Shown piece after piece: positions 47,461 to 58,100 of a DNA stretch of 64,000 nt. The stretch comes from an uncultured Gammaproteobacteria bacterium (GTDB lineage Bacteria > Patescibacteriota > Patescibacteriia > Magasanikbacterales > GWA2-37-8). Location of the stretch: positions 120,646 through 184,645 of the forward strand of contig CAYOXC010000002.1 of assembly GCA_964407865.1 (NCBI GenBank). Direction: 5' to 3'. The notes beneath the pieces are model-generated. The model did no database searches. It was not told the origin of the DNA and saw only the letters and a list, made by a program, of their open reading frames with translations. The stretch's first letter is position 1; each line of letters starts with the position of its first letter. The position numbers and the translations under genes are program-made.

Positions 47461-47463
47461 TAG

Positions 47464-48030
47464 TTAAAACTTTACTTGTACATTTTGTTTTTCTCCCTCA
47501 GCTGCCTGGAAGAATTCGTATTTGATGAACTTTAGCATTCCGGCGATCATATTGGTTGGGAATACTTGGATCTTAGTGTTGAAGTCACGGACGTTGCCAT
47601 TGTAAAATCGGCGAGCGGCTTGAATTTTATTTTCTGTATCGGCCAATTCGGTTTGCAACTGAAGAAAGTTTTGACTAGCTTTTAGATCTGGGTAATTTTC
47701 AGCCACGGCAAAAAGAGATTTTAATGTATTGGATAATGCGTTTTCTGCTTGTTCGCGTTGAGCCAAAGAAGCATCTTTGGTATCGTGAACCTGCATGGCA
47801 TTGGCGCGAGCTTCGGTTAATTTTACCAATGTTTCACGCTCGTGAGTCATGTAGCCCTTAACAGTTTCTACTAGATTAGGAATTAAGTCATAACGACGTT
47901 TGAGCTGGACGTCAATATCGCTGTAAGCTTCATCAACTTGGTTTTTGCTTTTGATCAAGCCGTTATAAGTAGCGATAAGCCAGATTACGACTATTGCCAA
48001 AACAATTAGAATAATATACGATATACTCAT
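47464..48030 (-). CDS. lemA: LemA family membrane protein
   Basis: N-terminal TM helix plus the LemA signature NGLIKSKNQVDEAYSDIDVQLKRRYDLIPNLV. Confidence 0.88.
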   Translation of the reverse strand: MSISYIILIVLAIVVIWLIATYNGLIKSKNQVDEAYSDIDVQLKRRYDLIPNLVETVKGYMTHERETLVKLTEARANAMQVHDTKDASLAQREQAENALSNTLKSLFAVAENYPDLKASQNFLQLQTELADTENKIQAARRFYNGNVRDFNTKIQVFPTNMIAGMLKFIKYEFFQAAEGEKQNVQVKF

Positions 48031-48112
48031 ACTTTTTGCTAATTATTCAGGTTATTTAACTATAACCCTTATTCAAATATTATAGCGCGTTTAGCGGATT
48101 TGTAAAGCGCAT

Positions 48113-49297
48113 ATGACGACTATTCTTATTATACTCGCAGTATTAGCCATATTAATCCTGTCCCATGAATTGGGGCATTTTATTGCTGCTCGGAAAAGCG
48201 GCATGCGCGTTTATGAATTTGGTTTTTTTGGTTTTCCTCCCCGCATAGTAGGGTTTCAAAAACTTAAAAGAGGCGATGAAAAAAAGTGGCGCATTGTCTG
48301 GGGTAATCGCGATATTAGAGAAGAAAAAACTCCCGATGGATTTGAGTGTGGAACACTTTATTCATTAAACTGGATTCCAATTGGCGGTTTTGTTCAAATT
48401 AAAGGCGAGGACAGAGAAAGTAATGACAAAGATAGTTTTACCACACAAAAAACATGGAAGAAGGCCGTAACTATAGTTGCTGGTGTGTTTATGAATATCC
48501 TGCTTGCTGCTATATTGTTTTCAATCGGTTATGGGATTGGTTTACCAACATTAGTTGATAAGATGGACGATGTTTCGCACGTGAGCGATCGTAAATTAAC
48601 TATAATGCAGATTTTACCGGGTAAACCAGCTGAAATGGTCGGTCTTCTGGCAGAAGATGTAATACTTAGCGTAGGGAGCATTGAGAATCCTCGACTTAAT
48701 GAGATGCAAGCTTATGTTGATGAACATAAAGATGGAGAAATATTAGTTACTATTAAAAGAGGTGAAGAAATATTGGAAAAAATGATTAAGCCGATTACTT
48801 ATGAAGATACAGGGCGAGGCGGAATTGGTGTCGGTATCGCCGAAATGGGCACAGTTAAATACCCATGGCATTTAGCGATATACCACGGCTTTGTTGATAC
48901 CATGATTTATTTTAAAGAAATTTTTGTTGCTTTTTATTTTATTGTCGCCGGATTAATTGCCGGCCACGGCGCTTCCGAAGCGGTTTCAGGACCAATAGGC
49001 ATAGCTGTTATTGCCGGTCGGGTGGCAAAAATGGGCTTTATTTATTTACTTCAATTTACCGCAATACTTTCTTTGAATTTAGCCGTGTTAAATATTTTAC
49101 CGATTCCAGCGCTTGATGGCGGACGCTTGCTTTTTCTCGGACTTAATAAATTCAAAAAAATAAATTTTGCCAAATACGAACAAACTGCTCACGCAGTAGG
49201 TTTTATCTTTTTAATGCTATTAGTGGTGGCGGTGACCGTGCGAGATATTGGAAATTTTCAAGGCGTCTTTATGAATTTTTTTAGAAATATTTTTTAA
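48113..49297 (+). CDS. rseP: Site-2 protease RseP (M50) with a PDZ domain
   Basis: HELGHF motif. PDZ domain. C-terminal LDGG motif. Confidence 0.9.
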   Translation: MTTILIILAVLAILILSHELGHFIAARKSGMRVYEFGFFGFPPRIVGFQKLKRGDEKKWRIVWGNRDIREEKTPDGFECGTLYSLNWIPIGGFVQIKGEDRESNDKDSFTTQKTWKKAVTIVAGVFMNILLAAILFSIGYGIGLPTLVDKMDDVSHVSDRKLTIMQILPGKPAEMVGLLAEDVILSVGSIENPRLNEMQAYVDEHKDGEILVTIKRGEEILEKMIKPITYEDTGRGGIGVGIAEMGTVKYPWHLAIYHGFVDTMIYFKEIFVAFYFIVAGLIAGHGASEAVSGPIGIAVIAGRVAKMGFIYLLQFTAILSLNLAVLNILPIPALDGGRLLFLGLNKFKKINFAKYEQTAHAVGFIFLMLLVVAVTVRDIGNFQGVFMNFFRNIF

Positions 49298-49304
49298 TTG
49301 AACA

Positions 49305-50345
49305 TTGATTATGATGGAAGATGATTTAAAAAATCTTAAAAATATTGCTTTTAAAAAAATTGACGGAGCTGTAAATTTAGATGACTTAGAAAAATTTGAG
49401 ATTCAATATTTAGGCCGTAAGGCGGGTGTGGTGACAGAAATGTTAAAGAAATTAAAAGATTTATCAGATGAAGAAAAGCGAACGGTCGGTCCTTTGGCCA
49501 ATGAAGTAAAAAAAGAAATTGAAAATAAGATCGCTTTAAAACAGCGTGATTTATCAATGTCAGTAAGGTCAGGACAATTATCTCAAGAAAAAGTTGATTT
49601 AACCGCTCCAGCACTACCTCTAAAAGAGTCTGGACATTTTCATCCGCTATCCATTGTTGAACGTGATTTGATTGATTTGTTTGTTTCAATGGGCTTTTCA
49701 GTACTTGATGGCCCTGAGTTGGAAAGCAGTTTTTTTAATTTTTCAGCTATTAATATTCCTGAAGACCATCCGGCACGAGACATGCAGGATACTTTCTATA
49801 TAAAAGACAAATCTAATTATTTAATGCGCACACATACTTCTTCCATGCAGGTTCGAGCAATGCGCGATATGGGAGTCCCTCTTAGAGTAATTGTGCCTGG
49901 AAAGTGTTATCGCAATGAAGCGACTGATGCTCGCCATGAGCATACTTTTTATCAGTTGGAAGGTTTTGCTGTTGATAGCGAGATTACCCTGGCACATATG
50001 AAAGGGGTTTTAGAAGTGGTAGCTAAACGACTTTATGGTGATAAAACCGAAGTTAGATTAAGACCAAAATATTATCCTTTTGTTGAGCCGGGTGTAAACG
50101 GAGAAGTAACTTGTTTTTTTTGCGGCGGAAAAGGCTGTCGCGTTTGCAAGAATACCGGCTGGATGGAAATTTTTGGCGCTGGCATGATACATCCAAATGT
50201 TTTAAAAGAAGGCGGGATTGACCCAAAGGCATATCAGGGTTTTGCTTTTGGTTTTGGTTTGACTCGTTTAGCTATGCTTAAGTACGACATAGATGATGTA
50301 CGAATAATGGAAAGCGGCGATCTGCGCTTCATTAAACAGTTTTAA
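49305..50345 (+). CDS. pheS: Phenylalanyl-tRNA synthetase alpha subunit
   Basis: FHPLS, RTHTS and class II motifs 2 and 3. Confidence 0.93.
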   Translation: MIMMEDDLKNLKNIAFKKIDGAVNLDDLEKFEIQYLGRKAGVVTEMLKKLKDLSDEEKRTVGPLANEVKKEIENKIALKQRDLSMSVRSGQLSQEKVDLTAPALPLKESGHFHPLSIVERDLIDLFVSMGFSVLDGPELESSFFNFSAINIPEDHPARDMQDTFYIKDKSNYLMRTHTSSMQVRAMRDMGVPLRVIVPGKCYRNEATDARHEHTFYQLEGFAVDSEITLAHMKGVLEVVAKRLYGDKTEVRLRPKYYPFVEPGVNGEVTCFFCGGKGCRVCKNTGWMEIFGAGMIHPNVLKEGGIDPKAYQGFAFGFGLTRLAMLKYDIDDVRIMESGDLRFIKQF

Positions 50346-50553
50346 TAAGCATGCCCAGTAATACAACTTCCAGTGTGTTTTTTTCGAGAACAGAAGTTCG
50401 TATTAAATAATTATTCATAAGAAACCAAAAAAGCTGGGTAAAAAAATAGATAAACGCAAAGGAAATATTATTTTTTAGGATATAATTATTAAAAAAATTT
50501 TTCGGAGTATAAGTCTAAAAAAGGATTTATCTCTGGAAGTTGATATGCTGGGT

Positions 50554-53004
50554 ATGAAGATTTCATTTAATTGGATAAAAGATTACGTAAATTTACCAGA
50601 TTCAATCAGCGCTGAAGAAGTGGCGGAAAAGTTAAAATTGGCCACGGTTGAAGTTGAAGGGATTGAAAAGCAGGGGGAGTTGCTCCAAAATGTAGTAGTT
50701 GGAAAAGTAATAAAAGCTGAGAAACACCCTGAGGCCGATAAGTTAAAATTATGTTCTGTTAATATTGGTAGTGAAAATTTACAGATTGTTTGTGGCGGAA
50801 GTAATGTGAGAGAGGGCATGTTTGTGGCTCTCGCAAAAGTTGGCGCAAAAGTGCGTTGGCATGGAGAAGAAGAATTAATGGAGCTCAAACCGACCGCCAT
50901 ACGAGGAATAGAATCTTTTGGTATGATATGCGGTGCCAATGAGATAGGCCTGGAATTTATCTTTCCTCCTGAGGACGAACGGGAGATTGTTGATTTGTCT
51001 AAAGTTGCCACTGATAAAAATATCGGTAAACCCTTGGCTGAGATTTTAAAATTAAACGACACGGTTTTTGAAATTGACAATAAATCTTTGAGTCATCGTC
51101 CTGATCTATGGGGACATTATGGCTTAGCAAGAGAGGTGGCGGTATTATTTGGCAAGAATTTAAAAGAATATGAAGTAAAGCCGTTCAAAGGCGTGAAAAA
51201 TGGACTGCAGCTATCAGTGGAGATTAAAGACAGCGGACTTTGTCCGCGTTATATGGCTGTTGCAGTTAGTGGTATTAAGCCTGGCCAGTCACCATCTTGG
51301 ATGAAGCAAAGATTATCTGCTGTTGGGCTTCGACCAATCAATAAAATTGTTGATATAACAAATTATATAATGCTTGACCTGGGAGAGCCAATGCATGCTT
51401 TTGACGCGAATCATATTGAAAATAATAAAATTATTGTCCGGCTGGCGGAAAAGGGTGAAATTTTGACTTTGCTAGATGAAAATAAAATTGAATTTACTGC
51501 TGATGATTTGGTGATAGCTGATTCTGAAAAGCCGCTGGCATTGGCTGGTGTGATGGGGGGAGAAATGAGTGGAATAGGTCAGAATACCGAGACAGTTGTT
51601 TTTGAAGCAGCTAATTTCAATGCTTCATCAATCCGACAGAGTTCAATTCGTCACGGCCAGCGCACTGACTCTTCTTCGCGGTTTGAGAAGAGCCTAGATC
51701 CAACATGGTGTGAGATGGCGATTGGGCGCGCTGTTGAATTAACTTTAGAGTGTTGTCCTGAGGCAAAAGTATCCAGTCAAATAATTGATAAAAAAGATTA
51801 TGTTTTAAAAACGGGTCCGATTGTTTTAGAAAAAGATGTTTTCAAAAAGAAATTAGGGGTGAATATTCCGGAAAAAGAAGTTGAAAAAATTCTAACCAAG
51901 CTCGGTTTTAAAGTTGTGGATAAGGGGAATAATTTTTCCGTAAGCATTCCAACTTGGCGAGCGACAAAGGATGTTTCAATTGCCGAAGATTTAGTTGAAG
52001 AAGTGGCTCGAATTTATGGTTACGACAGAATTGAGTCCGCCTTGCCAACATTTTCAATAGTGCCTCCGAAGATTGAAAAAACAAAAGAATTAGAAATAAC
52101 GATAAGAGATATATTTTCTCGTAATTTATCGTATGACGAAGTTTATAATTATTCTTTTATCAGTCGCGACCAAGTAAATAAAATGGGCGATAGTAAAGAA
52201 TATTTGGAACTTGATAACCCTCTTTCAAAAGAGAAGCCTTTTCTACGGCGGTCTTTAACACCAAACCTTATTGAAAGTGCAGTAAAAAATATTGAATATT
52301 TCGATCGGGTGGCGATTTATGAAATTGGCAAAGTTTTTTGGGCTGATGCGCCTGGGTTTCGATCTGATTTGAAAGGAGATGACCTTTTGCCTCGCCAAGA
52401 CACTTGGCTGACTGCTTTATTTACTGAAAAGAAAAATGAAAATCCTCTTATTGAAGTACGCCGAGCTCTGGAATTAATCACCAGGGAGTATATTTTAGAT
52501 TTTTCAATTGTTAGTTCAGATGCGCTAGAGCCATGGAAACATCCGACTCGTACTGGAGAAATAAAAGTGGGCGAGCAGATTATTGGAACATTATATGAAC
52601 TCGATCCAATTGTGGCTAAAGATTTTGGTTTAAACACCAGGGCAGGATTGTTGGAAATAAATTTTTCAGCTCTAGCAGAGGTGATAGATTCTGCTGCACC
52701 AGTCAAATACAAAAAACCATCAGTTTACCCTGAGGTTGAGAGGGATTTGGCTTTTATTGTTGATAAAGAAGTAAGCCACGAAATGATTCGTCAGTCTTTA
52801 ATTAAAGCAGACAGTTTAATAGAAGAAATTGAGCTTTTTGATATTTTTGATAGCAATAAATTAGGTGAGAATAAAAAAAGTATGGCCTACCGTATAATTA
52901 TGACCCATCCGGAGCGAACTCTTAATTCCAAAGAAGTAGATAGCGCAATGAAAAAAATTCTTGATATTTTAACGAAAAAATTTAAAGCAGAAGTCAGAGG
53001 GTAA
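50554..53004 (+). CDS. pheT: Phenylalanyl-tRNA synthetase beta subunit
   Basis: MKISFNWIKDY start, B3/4 and B5 domains, and an FDS-like C-terminal domain. 816 aa. Confidence 0.92.
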   Translation: MKISFNWIKDYVNLPDSISAEEVAEKLKLATVEVEGIEKQGELLQNVVVGKVIKAEKHPEADKLKLCSVNIGSENLQIVCGGSNVREGMFVALAKVGAKVRWHGEEELMELKPTAIRGIESFGMICGANEIGLEFIFPPEDEREIVDLSKVATDKNIGKPLAEILKLNDTVFEIDNKSLSHRPDLWGHYGLAREVAVLFGKNLKEYEVKPFKGVKNGLQLSVEIKDSGLCPRYMAVAVSGIKPGQSPSWMKQRLSAVGLRPINKIVDITNYIMLDLGEPMHAFDANHIENNKIIVRLAEKGEILTLLDENKIEFTADDLVIADSEKPLALAGVMGGEMSGIGQNTETVVFEAANFNASSIRQSSIRHGQRTDSSSRFEKSLDPTWCEMAIGRAVELTLECCPEAKVSSQIIDKKDYVLKTGPIVLEKDVFKKKLGVNIPEKEVEKILTKLGFKVVDKGNNFSVSIPTWRATKDVSIAEDLVEEVARIYGYDRIESALPTFSIVPPKIEKTKELEITIRDIFSRNLSYDEVYNYSFISRDQVNKMGDSKEYLELDNPLSKEKPFLRRSLTPNLIESAVKNIEYFDRVAIYEIGKVFWADAPGFRSDLKGDDLLPRQDTWLTALFTEKKNENPLIEVRRALELITREYILDFSIVSSDALEPWKHPTRTGEIKVGEQIIGTLYELDPIVAKDFGLNTRAGLLEINFSALAEVIDSAAPVKYKKPSVYPEVERDLAFIVDKEVSHEMIRQSLIKADSLIEEIELFDIFDSNKLGENKKSMAYRIIMTHPERTLNSKEVDSAMKKILDILTKKFKAEVRG

Positions 53005-53145
53005 AAAATGTGATATAATATAAATATAATTTTTAACTAGGAGGTTCACCTTGTTAGACAATCCGTAAATTGACAGGGGAGAACCTGTTTAATTAATCGT
53101 CATTTGCGAGTTAAATTCGTAAATGGGGTATTTAACAGGGAAATT

Positions 53146-53532
53146 ATGATTGAAAATTCAAAAGACATTTTATACATAGTAATATCTTTCTGTATCTTGT
53201 GGGCGACAGTTTTTCTATGCTGGATGTTTTATTATGCCGGGAAGATTTTGAAAAACACCAATCAGATAATTGAAGAGTTTAGAGTGCGTTTACAATCATT
53301 GGCCGAGGCGATCAGTTATATTCAGGAAAAAATTGAATATTTATCGCTTGCCATGAGCACAGTTTTTCGAGGAGTGGGTAATACGGTAAAAAATGTCGTT
53401 GAGAAAAAAGCTAAAAATTGGATGGACAAGAAAACAGAAGATTTCAGCGTACCGGCAAGATACGCGGTTAAAAAGGCGGTTGAGATGGCTTCAGACCAAA
53501 TGCAAAAAGCGACAAAAAAAATTAAAAAATAA
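53146..53532 (+). CDS. Hypothetical membrane/coiled-coil protein
   Basis: One TM helix then a K-rich helical region. The start is uncertain (53104 or 53146). Confidence 0.4.
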   Translation: MIENSKDILYIVISFCILWATVFLCWMFYYAGKILKNTNQIIEEFRVRLQSLAEAISYIQEKIEYLSLAMSTVFRGVGNTVKNVVEKKAKNWMDKKTEDFSVPARYAVKKAVEMASDQMQKATKKIKK

Positions 53533-53560
53533 AAAAAACCCGACGAAAGCGTCGGGTTTT
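53531..53560. terminator. Bidirectional terminator cccgacg aaag cgtcggg flanked by A- and T-runs
   Basis: Read directly. Confidence 0.6.
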
Positions 53561-55082
53561 AAAATTGAAGGCTTAGGAGATAGTTTTCAACCGGGGCAAA
53601 GTCATCGGTCATAATTGGCATGTCATCGGTTATTTTTTTATTCCAGAGTCGACTTAGCATTTCCTGTTCCTCTGGGTCGTCGCTTGAAAAGTTTGTTTTA
53701 TTTTTTTGCGCCACAAGCATCAGATTTTGAACTTGATATGGATCGTTGCTTTTTATGGCAAATATTTGTACTTCGGAAAAAACTTGCTTAAAAGTATTTA
53801 ATTCAGCACGGAGCAGTTTTCCTTTTGGGCCTTCGATTGCCGAGATTAAATTCATGAGAATTACACCGTCGTCCGAGAGGGACCGGTAAAGACGTTCGGC
53901 CGCTTCTATCGTGGCCAGTTGGAACGGTGGATTGTAGGATTTAAATGCATCGCCAAAAATAATGTCGTATTTTTTTTCATTTCTGTTTAAATATGTCCTG
54001 CCGTCCTCGTGAATGATGTTTAGGCGTGGATTGTCCTTGAGTCCAAAATATTTTTTTGCCAATTCAGTGATTCCAGGATCAATTTCCACCACATCAATAG
54101 CGGCATCTGGATAATTTTTCAGAAAGTCACGCGGATAAGTATAAGCCGCTCCGCCGATCATCAGGGCATTTGTTGGGTTTGGTTTGAAATGCCGGGCAAT
54201 GCGATAAAATTTTGTGTATTCAAAAACCAATTCGTCGCTGTCTAAAAACATTCCTGATTGCAAAGAAAAATTATCTGTTTTTAGGTAGCGCACTGGCTGT
54301 TCGGTGCCTGCGCGAGTCGTATCGTAAATAACTACTCGATTATAGGCAGTATCTACATCAATAAGGCCGTTTTTTATCGACACAGTACGCACGGCATCAA
54401 TAATAATTAGACTGCCAAAAAGTAAAAGAATAACTAGAATTCTTATTTTTGGTTTGCCGGAGTAAGAAATAAGCGAAGTTATTGCCAAAGTTATGGACAA
54501 AATAAATATTAAATTTGTTGTTCCAACAATTGATATCAAAATAAATCCTGCGAGAAAAGTGCCAAAGATGCTTCCTAGAGTTGAGATGGCATAAAGATTA
54601 CCTACTGTTTTACCTGAAGTGTTTAGGTTTTCAATTTTTAGCCTGACCGCGTATGGTGAAACCATGCCTAGCATAAAGCTGGCCGGAGCAAAAAGAATAA
54701 GAGTGCTAAGTATTGAACCAAAGCGGATGTCTGCAATATAAGCATCAATAAATACCAAGACAACATCTTTTGCCCATGCGGTTAAACCAATCATTAAAGC
54801 TGAAATAAGAATTATTTTAGAAAATATTTTCCAATTCGGATTTTGATCAGCAATTTTTCCGCCATACCAATAACCCAAACTTAGCGCGCCAAGTATTAGC
54901 CCGATTAAACTGGACCAGACAAAAAGTGAAGTGCCGAGATATGGCGCCAATACCCGGGAACCGGCCAATTCCAGTATCATCACTACTGCGCCACAGATAA
55001 AAACGACGATTTCTAAGAGATATTTTTTGAAAATTGACATACAATTTTTAGCTATTTTATCAGTTTTTATACCAGTAGACAA
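53559..55082 (-). CDS. Polyamine aminopropyltransferase (spermidine-synthase family) fused to an N-terminal multi-TM domain
   Basis: About 7 N-terminal TM helices. SpeE-like VVEIDPGITELAKKYF...DIIFGDAF. Confidence 0.8.
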   Translation of the reverse strand: MSTGIKTDKIAKNCMSIFKKYLLEIVVFICGAVVMILELAGSRVLAPYLGTSLFVWSSLIGLILGALSLGYWYGGKIADQNPNWKIFSKIILISALMIGLTAWAKDVVLVFIDAYIADIRFGSILSTLILFAPASFMLGMVSPYAVRLKIENLNTSGKTVGNLYAISTLGSIFGTFLAGFILISIVGTTNLIFILSITLAITSLISYSGKPKIRILVILLLFGSLIIIDAVRTVSIKNGLIDVDTAYNRVVIYDTTRAGTEQPVRYLKTDNFSLQSGMFLDSDELVFEYTKFYRIARHFKPNPTNALMIGGAAYTYPRDFLKNYPDAAIDVVEIDPGITELAKKYFGLKDNPRLNIIHEDGRTYLNRNEKKYDIIFGDAFKSYNPPFQLATIEAAERLYRSLSDDGVILMNLISAIEGPKGKLLRAELNTFKQVFSEVQIFAIKSNDPYQVQNLMLVAQKNKTNFSSDDPEEQEMLSRLWNKKITDDMPIMTDDFAPVENYLLSLQF

Positions 55083-55137
55083 GCAACTTGCCTTTGCCTA
55101 AATTCTACGGTAATATAGGCATACTTAAATAAATTTT

Positions 55138-58100
55138 ATGACTGATTTTGTTCATCTCCATGTTCACAGCCACTATTCATTACTAGATGGTTTGCCTAAA
55201 ATTAAAGATTTGGTAAAAACTGCCAAGGAACGCGGCTTCAAGGCGCTGGCTCTTACCGACCACGGCAATATGTATGGAGCGATTGAGTTTTATCAGGCTT
55301 GTCTCAAAAACGAAATTAAACCGATCGTCGGGATGGAGGCATATGTTGCCCCGGGTTTGCGTACTGAAAAACAGGGACCGGATAACAAATATTTTCATTT
55401 GGTGCTTTTGGCTCTAAATGAAATTGGTTATAAAAATTTGATGAAGCTTTCCTCTCTGGCTCACTTGGAGGGTTTTTATTACAAGCCTAGAGTGGACAAA
55501 GAAATATTGAAGCAATATCACGAGGGATTGGTTGCTTCAAGCGCTTGTCATGGCGGTGAAATTGCTCGAGCAATTCTTAGAGAGGGTAATTACGAGAAGG
55601 CAAAAAAGGTCGCGTTAGAGTATCAGGAAATTTTTGGGCCGGATAATTTTTATCTGGAATTAATGGATGTCCCTGCTTTAGAAGGCCAGACAGAGCTCAA
55701 TAATACTTTGCTTAAACTTTCCAAAGAAACCGGTATTCCAGCCATTGTTACCCGCGATGTTCATTATTTGAATCCTGATGACGATGAAGCGCAGGATGTT
55801 TTAACCTGCATTCGCGATGGAAATACTTTAGATGACCCGACCAGGCATTCTATGGTGGGAATTGATTTTTCTTTGGCTAAAGGCGAAGATATTGCCAAGC
55901 GTTTTAAGCACGCCCCAGAGATTTTAGAGAACACGGCAAAAATTGCTGAGCGGGCTGATTTAAAAATTGAGTTAGATAAATGGCATTTTCCGCCAATTGA
56001 ACTTCCACCAGATAAAACAGCTGATCAGTATTTACGCGAGCAAGTTTATGAAAAACTTCCAAAATTGATTGAAGTAACAGATGAAGTTCAAAAACGCGTT
56101 GAATATGAATTAGATATTATTGCCAAAAAAGGATACTCACCATATTTTATTTCTGTAGCTGATTATGTTCGCTATGCTCGCGAACATGGCATCATTGAAA
56201 CAACTCGCGGTTCGGCTGCCGGTTCGGTCGTTTCTTTTGCTATGGGTATAGTTACTGTCAATCCGTTATTTTTTAAACTTCCTTTTGAAAGATTTTTAAA
56301 TCCATTTCGTCCCAGTCCGCCGGATGTTGACGCTGATTTCGCTGATGATAGGCGCGATGAAATGATTGCTTATGTGACGGAAAAATACGGCGCCGATAAA
56401 GTGGCTCAAATTATTACTTTCGGTACTATGATGGCGCGCGGCGCTGTTCGCGATGTCGGTCGAGCGCTTGGTTATTCATATTCTTTTTGTGACCAGGTAG
56501 CTAAATTGATGCCAATGGGTGCGCAAGGTTTTCATGTAACTATTGCCGGTTCGATTGAGCAGGAGCCGGAGTTAAAAAAAATGTATAAAGAGAACGAGCA
56601 AGTGCGGCGTCTTTTGGATTTGGCCCAGAAGATTGAAGGTTGCGCCCGCCATACTTCCATTCATGCGGCCGGTGTAGTAATTTCTCCGACAACGCTTACG
56701 GATTTTACGCCAGTACAGCGTGAGACCGGTGGTGAGAAAGTCGTTACTCAATATGAAATGCATGCGGTGGAATCAGCCGGACTTCTAAAAATGGATTTTT
56801 TAGGCATTCGCAATCTTTCCATTTTAGGTCATGCTGTAGAAATTATTGAAAAAACAGCAGGAAAGAAAATCGATATCATGAAATTGCCCTTTGATGATAA
56901 AAAGACTTTTGACATGCTAGCTCGAGGAGAGACAATCGGTGTTTTTCAACTGTCCAGTTCCGGTATGACCAGGTATTTAAAAGAATTAAAGCCGCGCAAT
57001 ATTTTCGACATTATGGCCATGGTTGCCCTTTTTCGGCCGGGTCCAATGGCAGTAATACCAGAATACATAAATCGCGCCCACCATCCGGAAATGATTGAGT
57101 ATCTGGATCCGAGGATGAAAGATTATCTTGATCAGTCGCTTGGTTTAATTGTTTATCAAGACGACGTACTTTTGACAGCAATAAATTTAGCAGGCTATAA
57201 CTGGGAAGAAGCGGATAAATTTAGAAAAGCCATGGGTAAAAAAATTCCCGAAGAGATGGCCAAACAAAAAGATAAATTTTTTACCGGCTGTCGTGAGTAC
57301 GGCAAACTTTCTGAGGCGTTAATCAATACGCTTTGGGAGAGGATTGCTCCGTTTGCCGCTTATGGTTTTAACAAGGCGCATGCTTCAAGTTATGCCGTAG
57401 TTGCTTATCAGACCGCTTATCTTAAGGCTAATTACCCAACGCAGTTTATGACGGCAATATTGATTGCTGAATCCGGTGATATTGAAAAAGTTCCGGCAGT
57501 AATTAAAGAATGTGAAAAGATGGGCATTGAGGTTTTACCGCCAGATGTAAATGAGAGTTTTAAAAATTTTGCCATGGTCGGTTGGGAAAATGACGGCAAG
57601 GCGCACATACGTTTTGGTTTGCAAGGTGTAAAAAATTTAGGCGAACATATCGCCGAAGTAATTTACCGCGAAAGAAAAAACAATGGAAAATATAAAGATT
57701 TAGAGGACATGCTAAGAAGAGTACGGGATAAAGATTTGAATAAAAAATCTTTGGAATCTTTGATCAAATGCGGCGCTCTGGATTGCTTTGGTATTGACCG
57801 TGGAGTACTTTTAGCTAACATTGAGAATCTTTTAGGTTTTGTTCGTGCTTCAGAGGAATCACGCACCTCCAAACAAAATTCGCTATTTGCCGGCACCAAA
57901 GTTGATTTAAACGAAAAAGTACGTCTTGAACCGGCTAACACAGCAAGCAAGGATGAAAAAATATCTTGGGAAAAAGAATTGCTTGGACTTTATGTCACTG
58001 CCCATCCATTTGCGCCGCTTGAAAAGATTATGTCCGGCGTATTAACTCCGCTTTCAGAATTATCAACTCAAAATAGGGGCGAATGGGTTGTTGTGGGCGG

